Source: an uncultured Candidatus Actinomarina sp. (GTDB taxonomy: Bacteria > Actinomycetota > Acidimicrobiia > Actinomarinales > Actinomarinaceae). Taken from it: 64,000 nt of DNA. The first letter of the stretch is position 1. Each line of letters starts with the position of its first letter. Both the position numbers and the translations under genes were made by a program. The stretch covers positions 14,517 to 78,516 of the forward strand of contig CACAQC010000002.1 of assembly GCA_902534495.1 (NCBI GenBank). The letters are read 5' to 3'. Positions 1 to 10,031 of this stretch are shown here, piece by piece. The notes under the pieces are model-generated. The model was not told where the DNA came from. It ran no database searches and saw nothing but the letters and a program-made list of their open reading frames with translations.

Positions 1-743
1 GCGTCACCTGCACCGGTTGTATCTATTGCTTTGACTGAATCAGCTTTTATTATTTTTACGGAATTATTTTCTATGTAAGCGCAACCTTTTTCACCTAAAG
101 TTACCACAACATTAGTATCAACATTTTTTGCAAATAAAAGTAAATTATTTTCATTAAATATATCACCATAAATTTCCTCAAATTCAATTTCGTTAGGTAT
201 AAACCAAGACGTGTATTGGAGCAGAATATTAGAGGGCTTATTTGCTGGAGCTGGGTTAAGTACAGTCTCAACACCATTTTTGTATGCATAAGAAAAAACT
301 TGTTCATTTACATTCATTGGTATTTCAAACTGTCCAACCAGAACATCGGGTTTACCAATTTTTTCCAATGCTTCTATAGCTAAAGAACCATCTATTAAAT
401 CATTTGCTCCAGGTATTACAATAATTCGGTTTTGTCCAGATTCATCGACCCAAATAGGAGCAACACCACTAGATCCATCAACTGTCTGAATATAATCAGT
501 TATCACATCATTGTTTTTAAAATTCTCAATCGTCATATCTCTATAGACGTCACTACCAAGACATGTAATAACATAAACTTCTGCACCTAAGATTCCAGCC
601 ATCACCGCTTGGTTCGCTCCTTTTCCACCAAAACCCATTTGATAAGAGTCGCCAAAAACTGTCTCTCCATCATTAGGTGTTCTTTTTACATAGGAAACTT
701 GATCAATATTTGCACTTCCAACTACACAAATTTTTGGTTTCAT
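1..743 (-). CDS. rbsK: Ribokinase (PfkB family), 3' end runs off the window
   Basis: Missed by the ORF track. Manual translation from ATG at 743: MKPKICVVGSANIDQV...GFGGKGANQAV... and DTTGAGDA at the window edge (PfkB signatures). Confidence 0.9.
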   Translation of the reverse strand, partial: MKPKICVVGSANIDQVSYVKRTPNDGETVFGDSYQMGFGGKGANQAVMAGILGAEVYVITCLGSDVYRDMTIENFKNNDVITDYIQTVDGSSGVAPIWVDESGQNRIIVIPGANDLIDGSLAIEALEKIGKPDVLVGQFEIPMNVNEQVFSYAYKNGVETVLNPAPANKPSNILLQYTSWFIPNEIEFEEIYGDIFNENNLLLFAKNVDTNVVVTLGEKGCAYIENNSVKIIKADSVKAIDTTGAGD

Positions 744-793
744 AATCTAAAAGTATAAAAAATTATTTTCTTAAAATCTATTAGGATTTTTAC

Positions 794-1759
794 ATGGAAA
801 TTAATTGGGAATCTCAGGTTTTATCATCAATTTTAAAAGTCATTCCTAAGCTTTCTTGTCTAGAAATAGATATAGATAAATTACACGAAGTAGCAGCTGA
901 ATTAAGTGAAGATAGTTTTTCAATCAATTATGAAGGAAATACAAATACTGTTCCAAAAGAATATATAAGAAAAACAATGTTGATAAACACCCTAAATTTT
1001 GTCTTTACTGATTTCTTGACTTCTGTGAAATATAAAATTGAAAATTATTCAGATACGGATGCAATGGTTTATCAAATAGATAAGGCTTTAGACCAAGGAA
1101 TTCCTCTTACCCAAGGTCGCTTTATGAGGGATATGAATTTAAAAGAATTTAAGACACTTTTTACTGGAAATATTGAAATGCCTATGGCTGATGAAAAAGT
1201 AAAAATACTTAATAATGTTGGAGATATTTTAGTTACAAAATATGGTGGTGATTGGATAAATTTTATAGACGATGGACCCAAAAAACTTTATGACAATGGA
1301 AAAGGGTTAGTTGAAAGACTAGTGAGAGATTTTAAAAGGTTTGATGACCATTCGATTTTTGAAAATGAAAAAGTATATTTTCTTAAGTTGGCGCAACTAG
1401 CATTCTGGGGAATTCACAGAGAGCTTTCAAAAAGATATTTTTATATAGAGGACATAGAGAATATGACAGCATTTGCTGATTATATTATTCCAGTTGCATT
1501 AGAGAGTTTTGGAATTGTTAAATATTCATCTGAACTAAAGGAAAAAATAGATTCCAGAATTCTTATTGATAAAGATTCTACCGAGGAAATTGAAATCAGA
1601 TCTACTTCAATATATGCAACTGCAAAATTGACAGAACTTATAAATAATTATAAAAAGGAGGAAGAAAAAATTATAATTCCACAATTAGATTTCAAAATTT
1701 GGACCGACTTCCATGCCGATGAGAGACCTCATCACTTAACTAAAACAATTATGTATTAG
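794..1759 (+). CDS. Queuosine salvage protein (DUF2419/Qng1 family)
   Basis: Family motifs INTLNF, FLKLAQL, TAFADYIIP, EEIEIRS, LDFKIW and C-terminal PHHLTKTIMY. Confidence 0.8.
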   Translation: MEINWESQVLSSILKVIPKLSCLEIDIDKLHEVAAELSEDSFSINYEGNTNTVPKEYIRKTMLINTLNFVFTDFLTSVKYKIENYSDTDAMVYQIDKALDQGIPLTQGRFMRDMNLKEFKTLFTGNIEMPMADEKVKILNNVGDILVTKYGGDWINFIDDGPKKLYDNGKGLVERLVRDFKRFDDHSIFENEKVYFLKLAQLAFWGIHRELSKRYFYIEDIENMTAFADYIIPVALESFGIVKYSSELKEKIDSRILIDKDSTEEIEIRSTSIYATAKLTELINNYKKEEEKIIIPQLDFKIWTDFHADERPHHLTKTIMY

Positions 1760-2361
1760 TCTTCTCCCCAAGTGTCTTCGAGAAACCCTTTTCTTCCACT
1801 TGCTTTTGCGTACATTTGATAGCGCATACTTTGTTTTTTATAAAAATCCTGATGATATTCTTCAGCAATATAAAATGCAGGCGCTTCTGAAATTGCAGTA
1901 ACAATTGGCTTATCAAATTTACCAGAATTTTCTAATTCGACTTTTGACTGTTCAGCTAAATCTTTCTGTTCACTTCCAACTGTAAAAATCTCTGTTCTAT
2001 ATTGCGACCCAACATCTGCAAATTGGTAATTTAAAGCTGTTGGGTCAATATTTCTCCAAAACACTTCTAGTAATTCTTCATATGTAACAATTGTTGGGTC
2101 AAACAAGACTTCTACAACTTCGGCATGTCCAGTTTCACCTGTAGTGACTTCTTCGTATGTAGGATTTTCTATAGAACCACCCATATATCCTGATGTAGCT
2201 TCTATCACACCTTCCATTGCCTCAAATGGAGGCTCCATACACCAAAAACAACCACCGGCAAAATAAGCTTTTTCGTATCCATCGTCATTCATTACAACTC
2301 CCGAGCTAGTTACTGAGCATGATATAAATATTAATAAAGTTAAATATTTTAAATAACTCAC
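1756..2361 (-). CDS. msrA: Peptide-methionine (S)-S-oxide reductase, probably a lipoprotein
   Basis: FAGGCFWC, GYMGG, GHAEVV, AEEYHQ motifs; N-terminal signal ending LIFISC. Confidence 0.93.
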   Translation of the reverse strand: MSYLKYLTLLIFISCSVTSSGVVMNDDGYEKAYFAGGCFWCMEPPFEAMEGVIEATSGYMGGSIENPTYEEVTTGETGHAEVVEVLFDPTIVTYEELLEVFWRNIDPTALNYQFADVGSQYRTEIFTVGSEQKDLAEQSKVELENSGKFDKPIVTAISEAPAFYIAEEYHQDFYKKQSMRYQMYAKASGRKGFLEDTWGED

Positions 2362-2481
2362 ATATTGATGTTATTGGCAATGACTAGAAATAATAAATCA
2401 TATCAATAAGTATCTTGTTTAATAATAAAATATTAATAGAATAGTTATGAATCCTTCGACTTATAAAGCGGAGAGAGGAAA

Positions 2482-3345
2482 ATGAAAAAAACAGTACCTT
2501 ATATTAATAATTTAAAAGGCAATCGAGTTATCTCTATGATGACTGCTTACGATTATCCAACAGCAAAAGCAGTTTCAGAGGCAGAAATTGATATCGTTTT
2601 AGTTGGTGACTCTCTAGCACAAGTTGTTCTTGGTCATGATGATACACTTTCTGTTACTGTCGATGAAATGTTGCATCATGTAAAAGCAGTCACGAATGCC
2701 AACCCCTCATCATTAGTTGTTGCCGATATGCCTTATTTGTCATATCACATAAATATTTCTGATTCATTAAAAAATGCTGGTAGATTCATACAAGAAGGCA
2801 AAGCAGATGCTGTAAAAGTAGAAGGTGGAGAAAAAAGAAAAGAAGTTATAAAGGCATTAATAGATGCTGAAATCCCAGTGATGGGACATTTGGGTTTAAC
2901 ACCACAATCAAAAAACTTAATGGGGGGTTACAAAATTCAAGGCAAGACTCTAGATTTAGCTAAAAAACTTTTCGAAGAAGCTCTTCTTTTGCAAGAAACA
3001 GGATGTTTTGCAATGGTCCTAGAAGGTGTTCCTACTATTGTTGCTCAATCTATCTCAGAAAATTTAACAATACCAACAATTGGCATAGGTGCTGGAAAGT
3101 ATACAGATGGGCAAGTCCTTGTGATTCATGATCTCATAGGTATGAAATCAAAAGAATACATAGATGCTAAGTTCGTTAAAAGATATGGTGAGCAATATGA
3201 TGCAACAGTTAAAGCCCTACTTGAATATAAAAAAGACATAGAAAGCCTTAACTTTCCAACTGAAGAACATTCCTACGATATGGGTTCTGATATTCAAGAT
3301 TCACTTAAAGAGTGGAAAAAAGAAATTAAAAAAATTCTGTCATAG
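2482..3345 (+). CDS. panB: 3-methyl-2-oxobutanoate hydroxymethyltransferase
   Basis: MTAYDY, LVGDSL, VKVEGG, GHLGLTPQ, GIGAG, DGQVLV. Confidence 0.96.
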   Translation: MKKTVPYINNLKGNRVISMMTAYDYPTAKAVSEAEIDIVLVGDSLAQVVLGHDDTLSVTVDEMLHHVKAVTNANPSSLVVADMPYLSYHINISDSLKNAGRFIQEGKADAVKVEGGEKRKEVIKALIDAEIPVMGHLGLTPQSKNLMGGYKIQGKTLDLAKKLFEEALLLQETGCFAMVLEGVPTIVAQSISENLTIPTIGIGAGKYTDGQVLVIHDLIGMKSKEYIDAKFVKRYGEQYDATVKALLEYKKDIESLNFPTEEHSYDMGSDIQDSLKEWKKEIKKILS

Positions 3346-3373
3346 TACATATATAGTATTAAATTTATTAGTA

Positions 3374-3411
3374 CCTGCTTCTTAAGAAGCCACGTACAAG
3401 TGTCCATAGGA
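3374..3411 (+). promoter_or_regulatory. Putative S6:S18 ribosomal-protein leader (autoregulatory RNA) of rpsF
   Basis: CCT-GCTTC-ttaa-GAAGC-CA...AGGA: hairpin followed by CCR, with the 5' CCT able to pair with the SD AGG, directly upstream of rpsF. Confidence 0.6.
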
Positions 3412-3416
3412 GAAAA

Positions 3417-3704
3417 ATGAATAAATACGATTTGGTCTCAATCGTGAGACCCACAGCAGACGAATCAATCGTCGAATCAGTTCACAAATCCATTTCAGAA
3501 GTTATCTCAAATGGTGGTGGAAATGTGTCAGAACAAGGAGTTTGGCAAAGAAGAAAGCTAGCTTACGAAATAGATACATTCAAAGAGGGAATATACACGA
3601 TAACAAGCTTTGAAAGCCCTTCAAATGTTCCCGCAGAACTCGATAGAGTGCTAAAAATATCTGATGATGTCATTAGACACAAAGTCTTAAAGATGGAAAG
3701 CTAG
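3417..3704 (+). CDS. rpsF: 30S ribosomal protein S6
   Basis: WQRRKLAYEI...EGIY...VIRH; rpsF-ssb-rpsR-rplI synteny. Confidence 0.95.
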   Translation: MNKYDLVSIVRPTADESIVESVHKSISEVISNGGGNVSEQGVWQRRKLAYEIDTFKEGIYTITSFESPSNVPAELDRVLKISDDVIRHKVLKMES

Positions 3705-3716
3705 AGGTATATAAAA

Positions 3717-4142
3717 ATGGTAGATAACACAGTAACAATAGTAGGAAATTTAACCGCAGACCCTGAAATTAGGGTTACTGACGGTGGTGCAACTCTTGCA
3801 GAAATTAGAATCGCACAAAATAAAAGAAAAAGAAACTCTGATGGATCCTGGGAAGAGGGAGATCCGATGTTTTTTCAAGGAACAGTTTGGAACGATATGG
3901 CAGAAAACGCGGCTGCTTCATTACAAAAAGGAATGAGAGTAGTTGTAGTCGGAAGATTAAATTACAGGTCTTGGGAAACACAAGATGGCCAAAACCGTTC
4001 AATTGTTGACCTCTCTATTGATGAAATAGCTCCTAGCTTACGATGGGCAAAAGCAAATATTGAGAGGGTATCAGGCGGTATGGGAACTTCACAGGAACCA
4101 GTTGCTAGAGAAAACTACGAAGAAGACGAAGCACCGTTTTAA
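3717..4142 (+). CDS. ssb: Single-stranded DNA-binding protein
   Basis: [11 protein letters not shown]-fold start; acidic C-terminal DEAPF tail. Confidence 0.96.
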   Translation: MVDNTVTIVGNLTADPEIRVTDGGATLAEIRIAQNKRKRNSDGSWEEGDPMFFQGTVWNDMAENAAASLQKGMRVVVVGRLNYRSWETQDGQNRSIVDLSIDEIAPSLRWAKANIERVSGGMGTSQEPVARENYEEDEAPF

Positions 4143-4153
4143 GGAGATTGATT

Positions 4154-4435
4154 ATGGCAAACGGAAAAAAGAGTGGTACAAGAAGATCTTCAAAATACGA
4201 GGCTCCTAAACAAAGAAGAATTACAAAGCAGCAAATAGAAAACGCAACTTACAAAGACGTTAAGTTGCTTGAAAAATTTATTTCTGATAGAGGAAAAATT
4301 AGATCCAGTTTGATAACAGGAATTACAAAACAAGAACAAGCAAAAGTTGCCCGTTTAATTAAAGTTGCAAGAGAGCTAGCTTTACTTCCCTATGTGACTA
4401 CAAGTTCATACAAGCAAAGCTACAACAGAAGATGA
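4154..4435 (+). CDS. rpsR: 30S ribosomal protein S18 (cysteine-free form)
   Basis: [17 protein letters not shown]...[12 protein letters not shown] 4154 follows SD AAGGAG. Confidence 0.93.
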   Translation: MANGKKSGTRRSSKYEAPKQRRITKQQIENATYKDVKLLEKFISDRGKIRSSLITGITKQEQAKVARLIKVARELALLPYVTTSSYKQSYNRR

Positions 4436-4884
4436 AACTTATTCTTAACTCTGATATAAAGTCTCTAGGAAGAAAGGGCGATGTAGTCGATGTAGCTAAA
4501 GGATATGCCAGAAATTATCTTTTGCCAAAAAAGCTGGCAGTTGTTGCTAATTCAAGCAACCTTAAGTTTGCTGAAGCATTAAGAGAAAAAAGAGAAATAC
4601 AAGCAGCAGCCAACAATGAATTAGCTGAATCAATCAAAACAGCGCTTGCTGATGCAAAAATCGTAATATCTCAAAATACAACAGATGAGGGAACACTATA
4701 CGCAGCAGTGAGTAATGAACAAATTGTTGATGCAATAGAAACATTCTCAGGATTTAGGTTAGAGGCTGAACAAATCGATGTTGAAAACCAAGTCAAAGAA
4801 ATAGGCCTTCATTCGATTTTTATTGTCTTAGGCCCAGATGCAAAATTTGAAACAACACTAGAAATCATACCTGAAACAAAATAA
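4432..4884 (+). CDS. rplI: 50S ribosomal protein L9
   Basis: [21 protein letters not shown]. Confidence 0.96.
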   Translation: MKLILNSDIKSLGRKGDVVDVAKGYARNYLLPKKLAVVANSSNLKFAEALREKREIQAAANNELAESIKTALADAKIVISQNTTDEGTLYAAVSNEQIVDAIETFSGFRLEAEQIDVENQVKEIGLHSIFIVLGPDAKFETTLEIIPETK

Positions 4885-6245
4885 TGGTTGGTCCTGAAGC
4901 ACTTTCATCAAGAGACACTCAGTCATTAGGCAAAGTTCCACCACACAGCCTTGAAGCCGAAGAGGCACTTTTAGGAAGCGCTTTATTATCCAGAGACGCA
5001 GTCTCGAGATTAATGGAAGAAGTCAGACCAGCCGACTTTTATAGCCCTTCAAATCAAACAGTTTATGAAGCTATGAAGGGTTTGTTTGATACAGGAAAAC
5101 CCATTGATACAGTTACTGTTTCTGAATTGATATTTAAAGATTCAAAAAACTCTAAATCAATCAATGCATCATATATTGCACGACTAGTAGACAATGTTCC
5201 AAGTTCAGCAAACTTTGAAAGATACATTGAAATAGTTTTAGAGCATTCGCATAGAAGGAAGTTACTTAAAGCTAGTGGAAGAATTGAACTTTTGGCAATG
5301 GCTATGGACAAAGAAATTCACAGTGTTCTTGATGAAGCTGAACAAACTATTTTTACTGCTTCCGATGATGCTATTGGAGACGGATTAGTAGGAGTTAATG
5401 ATGTTTTAGAGGGTGCTATCGAGAGAATCGAAGAGATTGAAAATCGTGGTACTGGCCTGTCGGGTCTTCCTACTTATTTCTCTGATCTTGATTATTACCT
5501 ATCTGGGCTTCAAGAAGGCAATCTAATAGTTCTTGCATCTAGACCCAGCATGGGTAAATCTTCACTCGGATTAAATATTAGTACAAATGCCTCAAAAGAA
5601 GGAAAGGTTGTTGCATTTTTCTCTCTTGAAATGACAAAAGAGGAACTGGTACAAAGAGTTTTATTTTCTGAAGCAAAAGTTACTTCAGGAGATGCAAGAA
5701 AAGGACAGCTGGGACCGGAAAAATGGTCAAGAGTTGTAGAAGCTGCATCAAAAGTCAACAGTCTCCCACTGTATTTTGATGATGCTCCAGTAATCACAGT
5801 TACTGATATAAGAGCTAAGTCGAGAAGACTCAAATCATCAAAAGGTTTAGATTTAATTGTTGTTGACTATCTTCAGCTCATGCAGAGTTCTTCTGGAGAT
5901 AATAGGCAACAAGAAATAGCTGAAATTAGTAGAAATTTGAAAAACTTAGCACGTGAATTAAGAGTTCCAATACTTGCTCTTTCACAGTTGAATAGAGCAG
6001 CGGAAGCAAGAGAAGATAAAAGACCAAGGTTGGGAGACTTGCGTGAATCAGGCGCAATAGAGCAAGATGCAGATATTGTGATGATGCTCTACAGGGATGA
6101 TTATTACAATCCTGGAACTGAAATACCAGGCGTCGCTGAAGTCAATATTGTCAAGAATAGGTCTGGACAGACCGGCAAAGTAGAGCTTTTCTTTAGTAAA
6201 GAATTTACACAATTTAGCAATTACTCAAAACAAGAACAGCAGTAA
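4884..6245 (+). CDS. dnaB: Replicative DNA helicase
   Basis: PPHSLEAE, ASRPSMGKS, VVDYLQLM, LSQLNR, DLRESGAIEQDAD; no intein. Confidence 0.97.
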   Translation: MVGPEALSSRDTQSLGKVPPHSLEAEEALLGSALLSRDAVSRLMEEVRPADFYSPSNQTVYEAMKGLFDTGKPIDTVTVSELIFKDSKNSKSINASYIARLVDNVPSSANFERYIEIVLEHSHRRKLLKASGRIELLAMAMDKEIHSVLDEAEQTIFTASDDAIGDGLVGVNDVLEGAIERIEEIENRGTGLSGLPTYFSDLDYYLSGLQEGNLIVLASRPSMGKSSLGLNISTNASKEGKVVAFFSLEMTKEELVQRVLFSEAKVTSGDARKGQLGPEKWSRVVEAASKVNSLPLYFDDAPVITVTDIRAKSRRLKSSKGLDLIVVDYLQLMQSSSGDNRQQEIAEISRNLKNLARELRVPILALSQLNRAAEAREDKRPRLGDLRESGAIEQDADIVMMLYRDDYYNPGTEIPGVAEVNIVKNRSGQTGKVELFFSKEFTQFSNYSKQEQQ

Positions 6246-6247
6246 GT

Positions 6248-7078
6248 TTGAACCTCAAACTAAGAGCCTATTTTCTAATAAGTTTTTTAGCCATTTCTTG
6301 GGGCACAATTCCATTAATTATTAGAACATCAAACATAAGCCCGCTATCGCTTGTAGGTATAAGAACATTTTTAGGATCAATTTTTTTACTAATATTCGTT
6401 CTCAAGAAAAAAGGTATAACAAAAAAATTAGTCAATTCTGGATTTGTATTGGGGCCTTTACTAGCAATTCACTGGTCAACTATGTTTAAGTCTATTGAGC
6501 TAAATAGTGTTGCCGTCGGTATTGGGCTAGTATTTTCTTATCCAATTTTTGTAATATTCATCGAAATGTTAAGAGGTCAAAAGGTTGCAAAATATCAAAT
6601 CCTAATTATTTTATCTGGATTTTTGGGTTTGTTTTTTCTTCTAGATATAACAAGTATTGCCTCACCAATCGGTGTTGTTTATGGAATCATAAGTGCAATA
6701 ACACTTGCGTTTTTAATAATCTACGGTTCTGAAAAGTCAAAAGAATACGGTGGCCTGAATGTTGCGTTTATACAGGTAATTTTTGCTGCTATTTGTTTAT
6801 CTCCATTTACAGCTTCGGGATTTGATTGGATGCTTGATAATTTATTAGTAAGTTTATTTTTGGGGTTCTTTCTAACAGGAGTAGGTTTAGCTACTTATTG
6901 GTATGTTGTAAAAATTGTTACACCATTAGCAATTGGAACAATAACATATTTAGAGCCTGTAACCGGTGTGGTAATAGGAGCTTTGATTTTAAATGAAACA
7001 ATAAAGGGTTTTCAATATTTTGGTTTTGGATTGGTTATTATTGCTGGAATAACCCAGGTCTATTTAGATTCTAAATAG
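6248..7078 (+). CDS. DMT/EamA family transporter
   Basis: About 10 hydrophobic segments, ISWG at N-terminus, YLEPV motif. Confidence 0.8.
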   Translation: MNLKLRAYFLISFLAISWGTIPLIIRTSNISPLSLVGIRTFLGSIFLLIFVLKKKGITKKLVNSGFVLGPLLAIHWSTMFKSIELNSVAVGIGLVFSYPIFVIFIEMLRGQKVAKYQILIILSGFLGLFFLLDITSIASPIGVVYGIISAITLAFLIIYGSEKSKEYGGLNVAFIQVIFAAICLSPFTASGFDWMLDNLLVSLFLGFFLTGVGLATYWYVVKIVTPLAIGTITYLEPVTGVVIGALILNETIKGFQYFGFGLVIIAGITQVYLDSK

Positions 7079-7518
7079 ACTTCAGGCTCGAGAGTCTGGT
7101 ATTGGTCATAGTAAGAACTATGTAAAGCTATAAATTTATTAAAGCTCCAGGATGCGTATTTATTAAAGTATGACTTGACCATTCCAATAGTTGCTTTTGA
7201 AGGTGTTGACAACCTTGTGTATTCTTCACGATCAAGGTGCTCAATTATCTGACCATCTGTGTTTATTTTCTTAATGGCATTAGTTACATTATTAGTAGTT
7301 ATCTTGTATTCCGAATTAATAAAATTTGTAAGTAACATTGAAAGCTTTGGCTCTTCAGGTGCTGTTGAATCTATAATCAAGCACTTTGTATCGTCACTAA
7401 AATTTAATTGATTTGAGTCTTGTATTTCTCCTAAATTCTCGAATTTAAGTGACCCATTTTTGTCACTTAAATTAAACAAAGTAATAGAAGTATTAATCTC
7501 AAGCACTAAAATTTGCAT
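7060..7518 (-). CDS. Hypothetical protein
   Basis: 152-aa ORF filling the gap, divergent from ptsI; no motif recognised. Confidence 0.6.
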   Translation of the reverse strand: MQILVLEINTSITLFNLSDKNGSLKFENLGEIQDSNQLNFSDDTKCLIIDSTAPEEPKLSMLLTNFINSEYKITTNNVTNAIKKINTDGQIIEHLDREEYTRLSTPSKATIGMVKSYFNKYASWSFNKFIALHSSYYDQYQTLEPEVYLESK

Positions 7519-7593
7519 ATAAGTTAAAGTAATAATATTTTTGAGTAATAAGAAACTATAAAAGTAAATTTTTAAATAAGGTTTGATGTATAT

Positions 7594-9225
7594 ATGACAA
7601 GTGTTAGGGGACTGGGTGCTTCATTAGGTGTTGCAATAGGTTCATCATTTGTTTATGAAAATGAGATAGATTTTGATAAAGAAGCAATTCTCACTCATGT
7701 TGAGGCTAGCAAACAACTGATTGAAAAATTTAGTTCTCAAATCCTTGATTTCCGCTCAAAAGAAAGAAATGATGAAGCTGATATTTTAGATGCATACATA
7801 TTGATCCTTCAAGATCCTGAAATAGTGGCTCAACTAAATCAAAATTTAAATTCTTCAGTCGAAGAGGTTTATAGTATTTTTACGTCCACTGCGAGTGTAT
7901 TTGAATCAATGGAAGATGTTTATTTTAAGCAACGAGCTGAAGACATACTCTCTGTAGGAAAACACCTTGTTTTCAATATGCAAAATATTGAAAGAGAAAT
8001 TACTTTAAACGAAAACACTATTTTAATTGCTGAGGACTTAACACCTGCAGATACATCATCAATGGACTTGAGCAAAGTTAATGGAATTATATTAAAAGAA
8101 GGAGGGTTTACTTCGCATGCTGTTATTGTTGCAAAGAATTTGGGTATCCCTTGCGTGATCGGTGTAAAAAGTTTGCTCGACAATATTGTAGATGGCGAGT
8201 TAATAACAATTGACGGTGATACGGGGAATATTGTTATTTCTCCAAGTGAGAATGAGATATCTGAATTAAAAGAAAAACAAGGCAATATAACAAAGTTGAT
8301 TGATAATTTTACTAAAAAAAAGTACGAAAAACTAGGAGTAGAATTCAGAGTTAATATTGGTTCTTTAGAGGAGATTATTTCATTTAATCATCCCTTTTTA
8401 AACTCCATTGGCTTATTTAGGTCCGAGTTTATATATTTAGACAACACAAACATTCCAACACTTGATGAACAAACAAGGGTACTAGAACAAATAACTCAAA
8501 AATTCACTGGAACAATTGTTTATAGAACTCTTGATATTGGAGGTGACAAACAAGTAGATTATTTGAATTTACCTTCAGAAGAAAATCCCTTTCTTGGCGT
8601 AAGGGGGATTAGATTATTGTTGGGTGATATTGAACTATTTGATACACAAATAAAATCGATCTTAAATTCTAAATCATTAGGAAGAGTAAAAATCATGTTT
8701 CCAATGATTTCTACTATAGAAGATTTTATAAAAGCAAAAGAGTTTGTTGCTAAAATAGCGAATAACTTAAATGTCGAAGTTCCCCCACTGGGTATCATGG
8801 TAGAGACACCTTCGTCAGCTTTGATTGCTGATAAGTTTTCAGAAATTGTTGATTTCGTATCTATTGGCACCAACGATTTGACACAGTACATTATGGCTGC
8901 AGACCGTGGCAATAATAATTTAAGCCCGTACCAAGACCCACTTCATCCAGCGGTACTTAGGGCAATTTCTAATGTAATTGATTGTTGTAATACAAATAAT
9001 ACCGAGGTGTCAGTATGTGGTGAAATGTCATCAGATCCCGTCTCAGCATTTGTTTTATACATTTTAGGTTTAAAGATATTTAGTATGGCACCTTCAGCAG
9101 CTCCTTTTGTATTTGATGCTTTAGACACAAACTCAAAAATTAACAAACAAAAGATAAAAGATCAGATTTTACAACAGAATAATGCTGATGAGGTTAGAAC
9201 GATTATTCAAGAAATTATAAATTGA
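7594..9225 (+). CDS. ptsI: PTS enzyme I (PEP-protein phosphotransferase)
   Basis: GGFTSHAVIVAK (phospho-His), GLFRSEF, RTLDIGGDK, EENPFLGVRGIR, SIGTNDLTQY, VCGEM. Confidence 0.95.
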   Translation: MTSVRGLGASLGVAIGSSFVYENEIDFDKEAILTHVEASKQLIEKFSSQILDFRSKERNDEADILDAYILILQDPEIVAQLNQNLNSSVEEVYSIFTSTASVFESMEDVYFKQRAEDILSVGKHLVFNMQNIEREITLNENTILIAEDLTPADTSSMDLSKVNGIILKEGGFTSHAVIVAKNLGIPCVIGVKSLLDNIVDGELITIDGDTGNIVISPSENEISELKEKQGNITKLIDNFTKKKYEKLGVEFRVNIGSLEEIISFNHPFLNSIGLFRSEFIYLDNTNIPTLDEQTRVLEQITQKFTGTIVYRTLDIGGDKQVDYLNLPSEENPFLGVRGIRLLLGDIELFDTQIKSILNSKSLGRVKIMFPMISTIEDFIKAKEFVAKIANNLNVEVPPLGIMVETPSSALIADKFSEIVDFVSIGTNDLTQYIMAADRGNNNLSPYQDPLHPAVLRAISNVIDCCNTNNTEVSVCGEMSSDPVSAFVLYILGLKIFSMAPSAAPFVFDALDTNSKINKQKIKDQILQQNNADEVRTIIQEIIN

Positions 9226-9902
9226 AAGTACATTCTATTCTTCTAGCTGGTGGCTCTAGCGACAGGTTTAATAATGAAGAAAACAAAGTTTACTTTCCAA
9301 TTGGCGGTAAGCCAGCACTTTCCTGGCCACTGGAGACCCTAGATAATTCCGATAAAGTTGACTCAATAATATTGGTTGTAAGGGATGAAGACTGGGAAAA
9401 AACTAATAATGTAATTCAGCTAGTTAATCCCAAAAAATTATCTGGTGTAACAATTGGTGGGAACACTAGACATGAAAGTGAATATCAAGGACTTCTTTAT
9501 CTAAAAGAAAGGCCAGACATAGATGAAGAAGACCTAATTTTAATTCATGATGGCGCAAGACCTTTGTTACCTAGTTATTTGTTAGACGAGCTTATTGATG
9601 TTGCAAAAAAATATGGAGCTTCAGCTCCTGGGTATAACTCAGATAATCTTATGAAAAAACAGGAATTTAACAAAGAAGAAATCCAAGAAACAATTGTAGA
9701 GATACAAACTCCACAGATATTTCCAGCTTCAGAACTTTGGAAATCCTATGAATTGGCAAAATTAGATAAATGGCAAGCAGTAGACACAACAGAATGCGTA
9801 TCAAAATATTCTGAGCTTGAGGCAGTAGTAATTCCTGGTGATCCAAGAAACATGAAGGTAACTTTTATAGAAGATATCTTTAAACTTGAGGAAATGATTT
9901 AA
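9222..9902 (+). CDS. ispD: IspD/TarI-family polyol-phosphate cytidylyltransferase (probably MEP cytidylyltransferase)
   Basis: ILLAGGSSDRF...NK, IHDGARP, IQTPQIF, NMKVT; overlaps the ptsI stop (TTGA). Confidence 0.75.
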   Translation: MKVHSILLAGGSSDRFNNEENKVYFPIGGKPALSWPLETLDNSDKVDSIILVVRDEDWEKTNNVIQLVNPKKLSGVTIGGNTRHESEYQGLLYLKERPDIDEEDLILIHDGARPLLPSYLLDELIDVAKKYGASAPGYNSDNLMKKQEFNKEEIQETIVEIQTPQIFPASELWKSYELAKLDKWQAVDTTECVSKYSELEAVVIPGDPRNMKVTFIEDIFKLEEMI

Positions 9903-10031
9903 AAAAATCATAAAAATAGGCCTTTCTTAATCAAAAATGGTTACATTTTTTTTAAGATTTCGGGTTTTTACCAAAATTCAAGGAATCATTTATGTAGAAT
10001 TAAAGTAACTATTTAAGTTGAAGGATGGAAG

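Noticed and set aside
101..307. 68-aa ORF from the track
   Set aside because: Alternative frame inside the ribokinase gene
9933..9950. AAAAATG-GTTA-CATTTTT palindrome upstream of gutM as an operator
   Set aside because: Mostly A/T runs, likely by chance in this composition; no cognate regulator nearby
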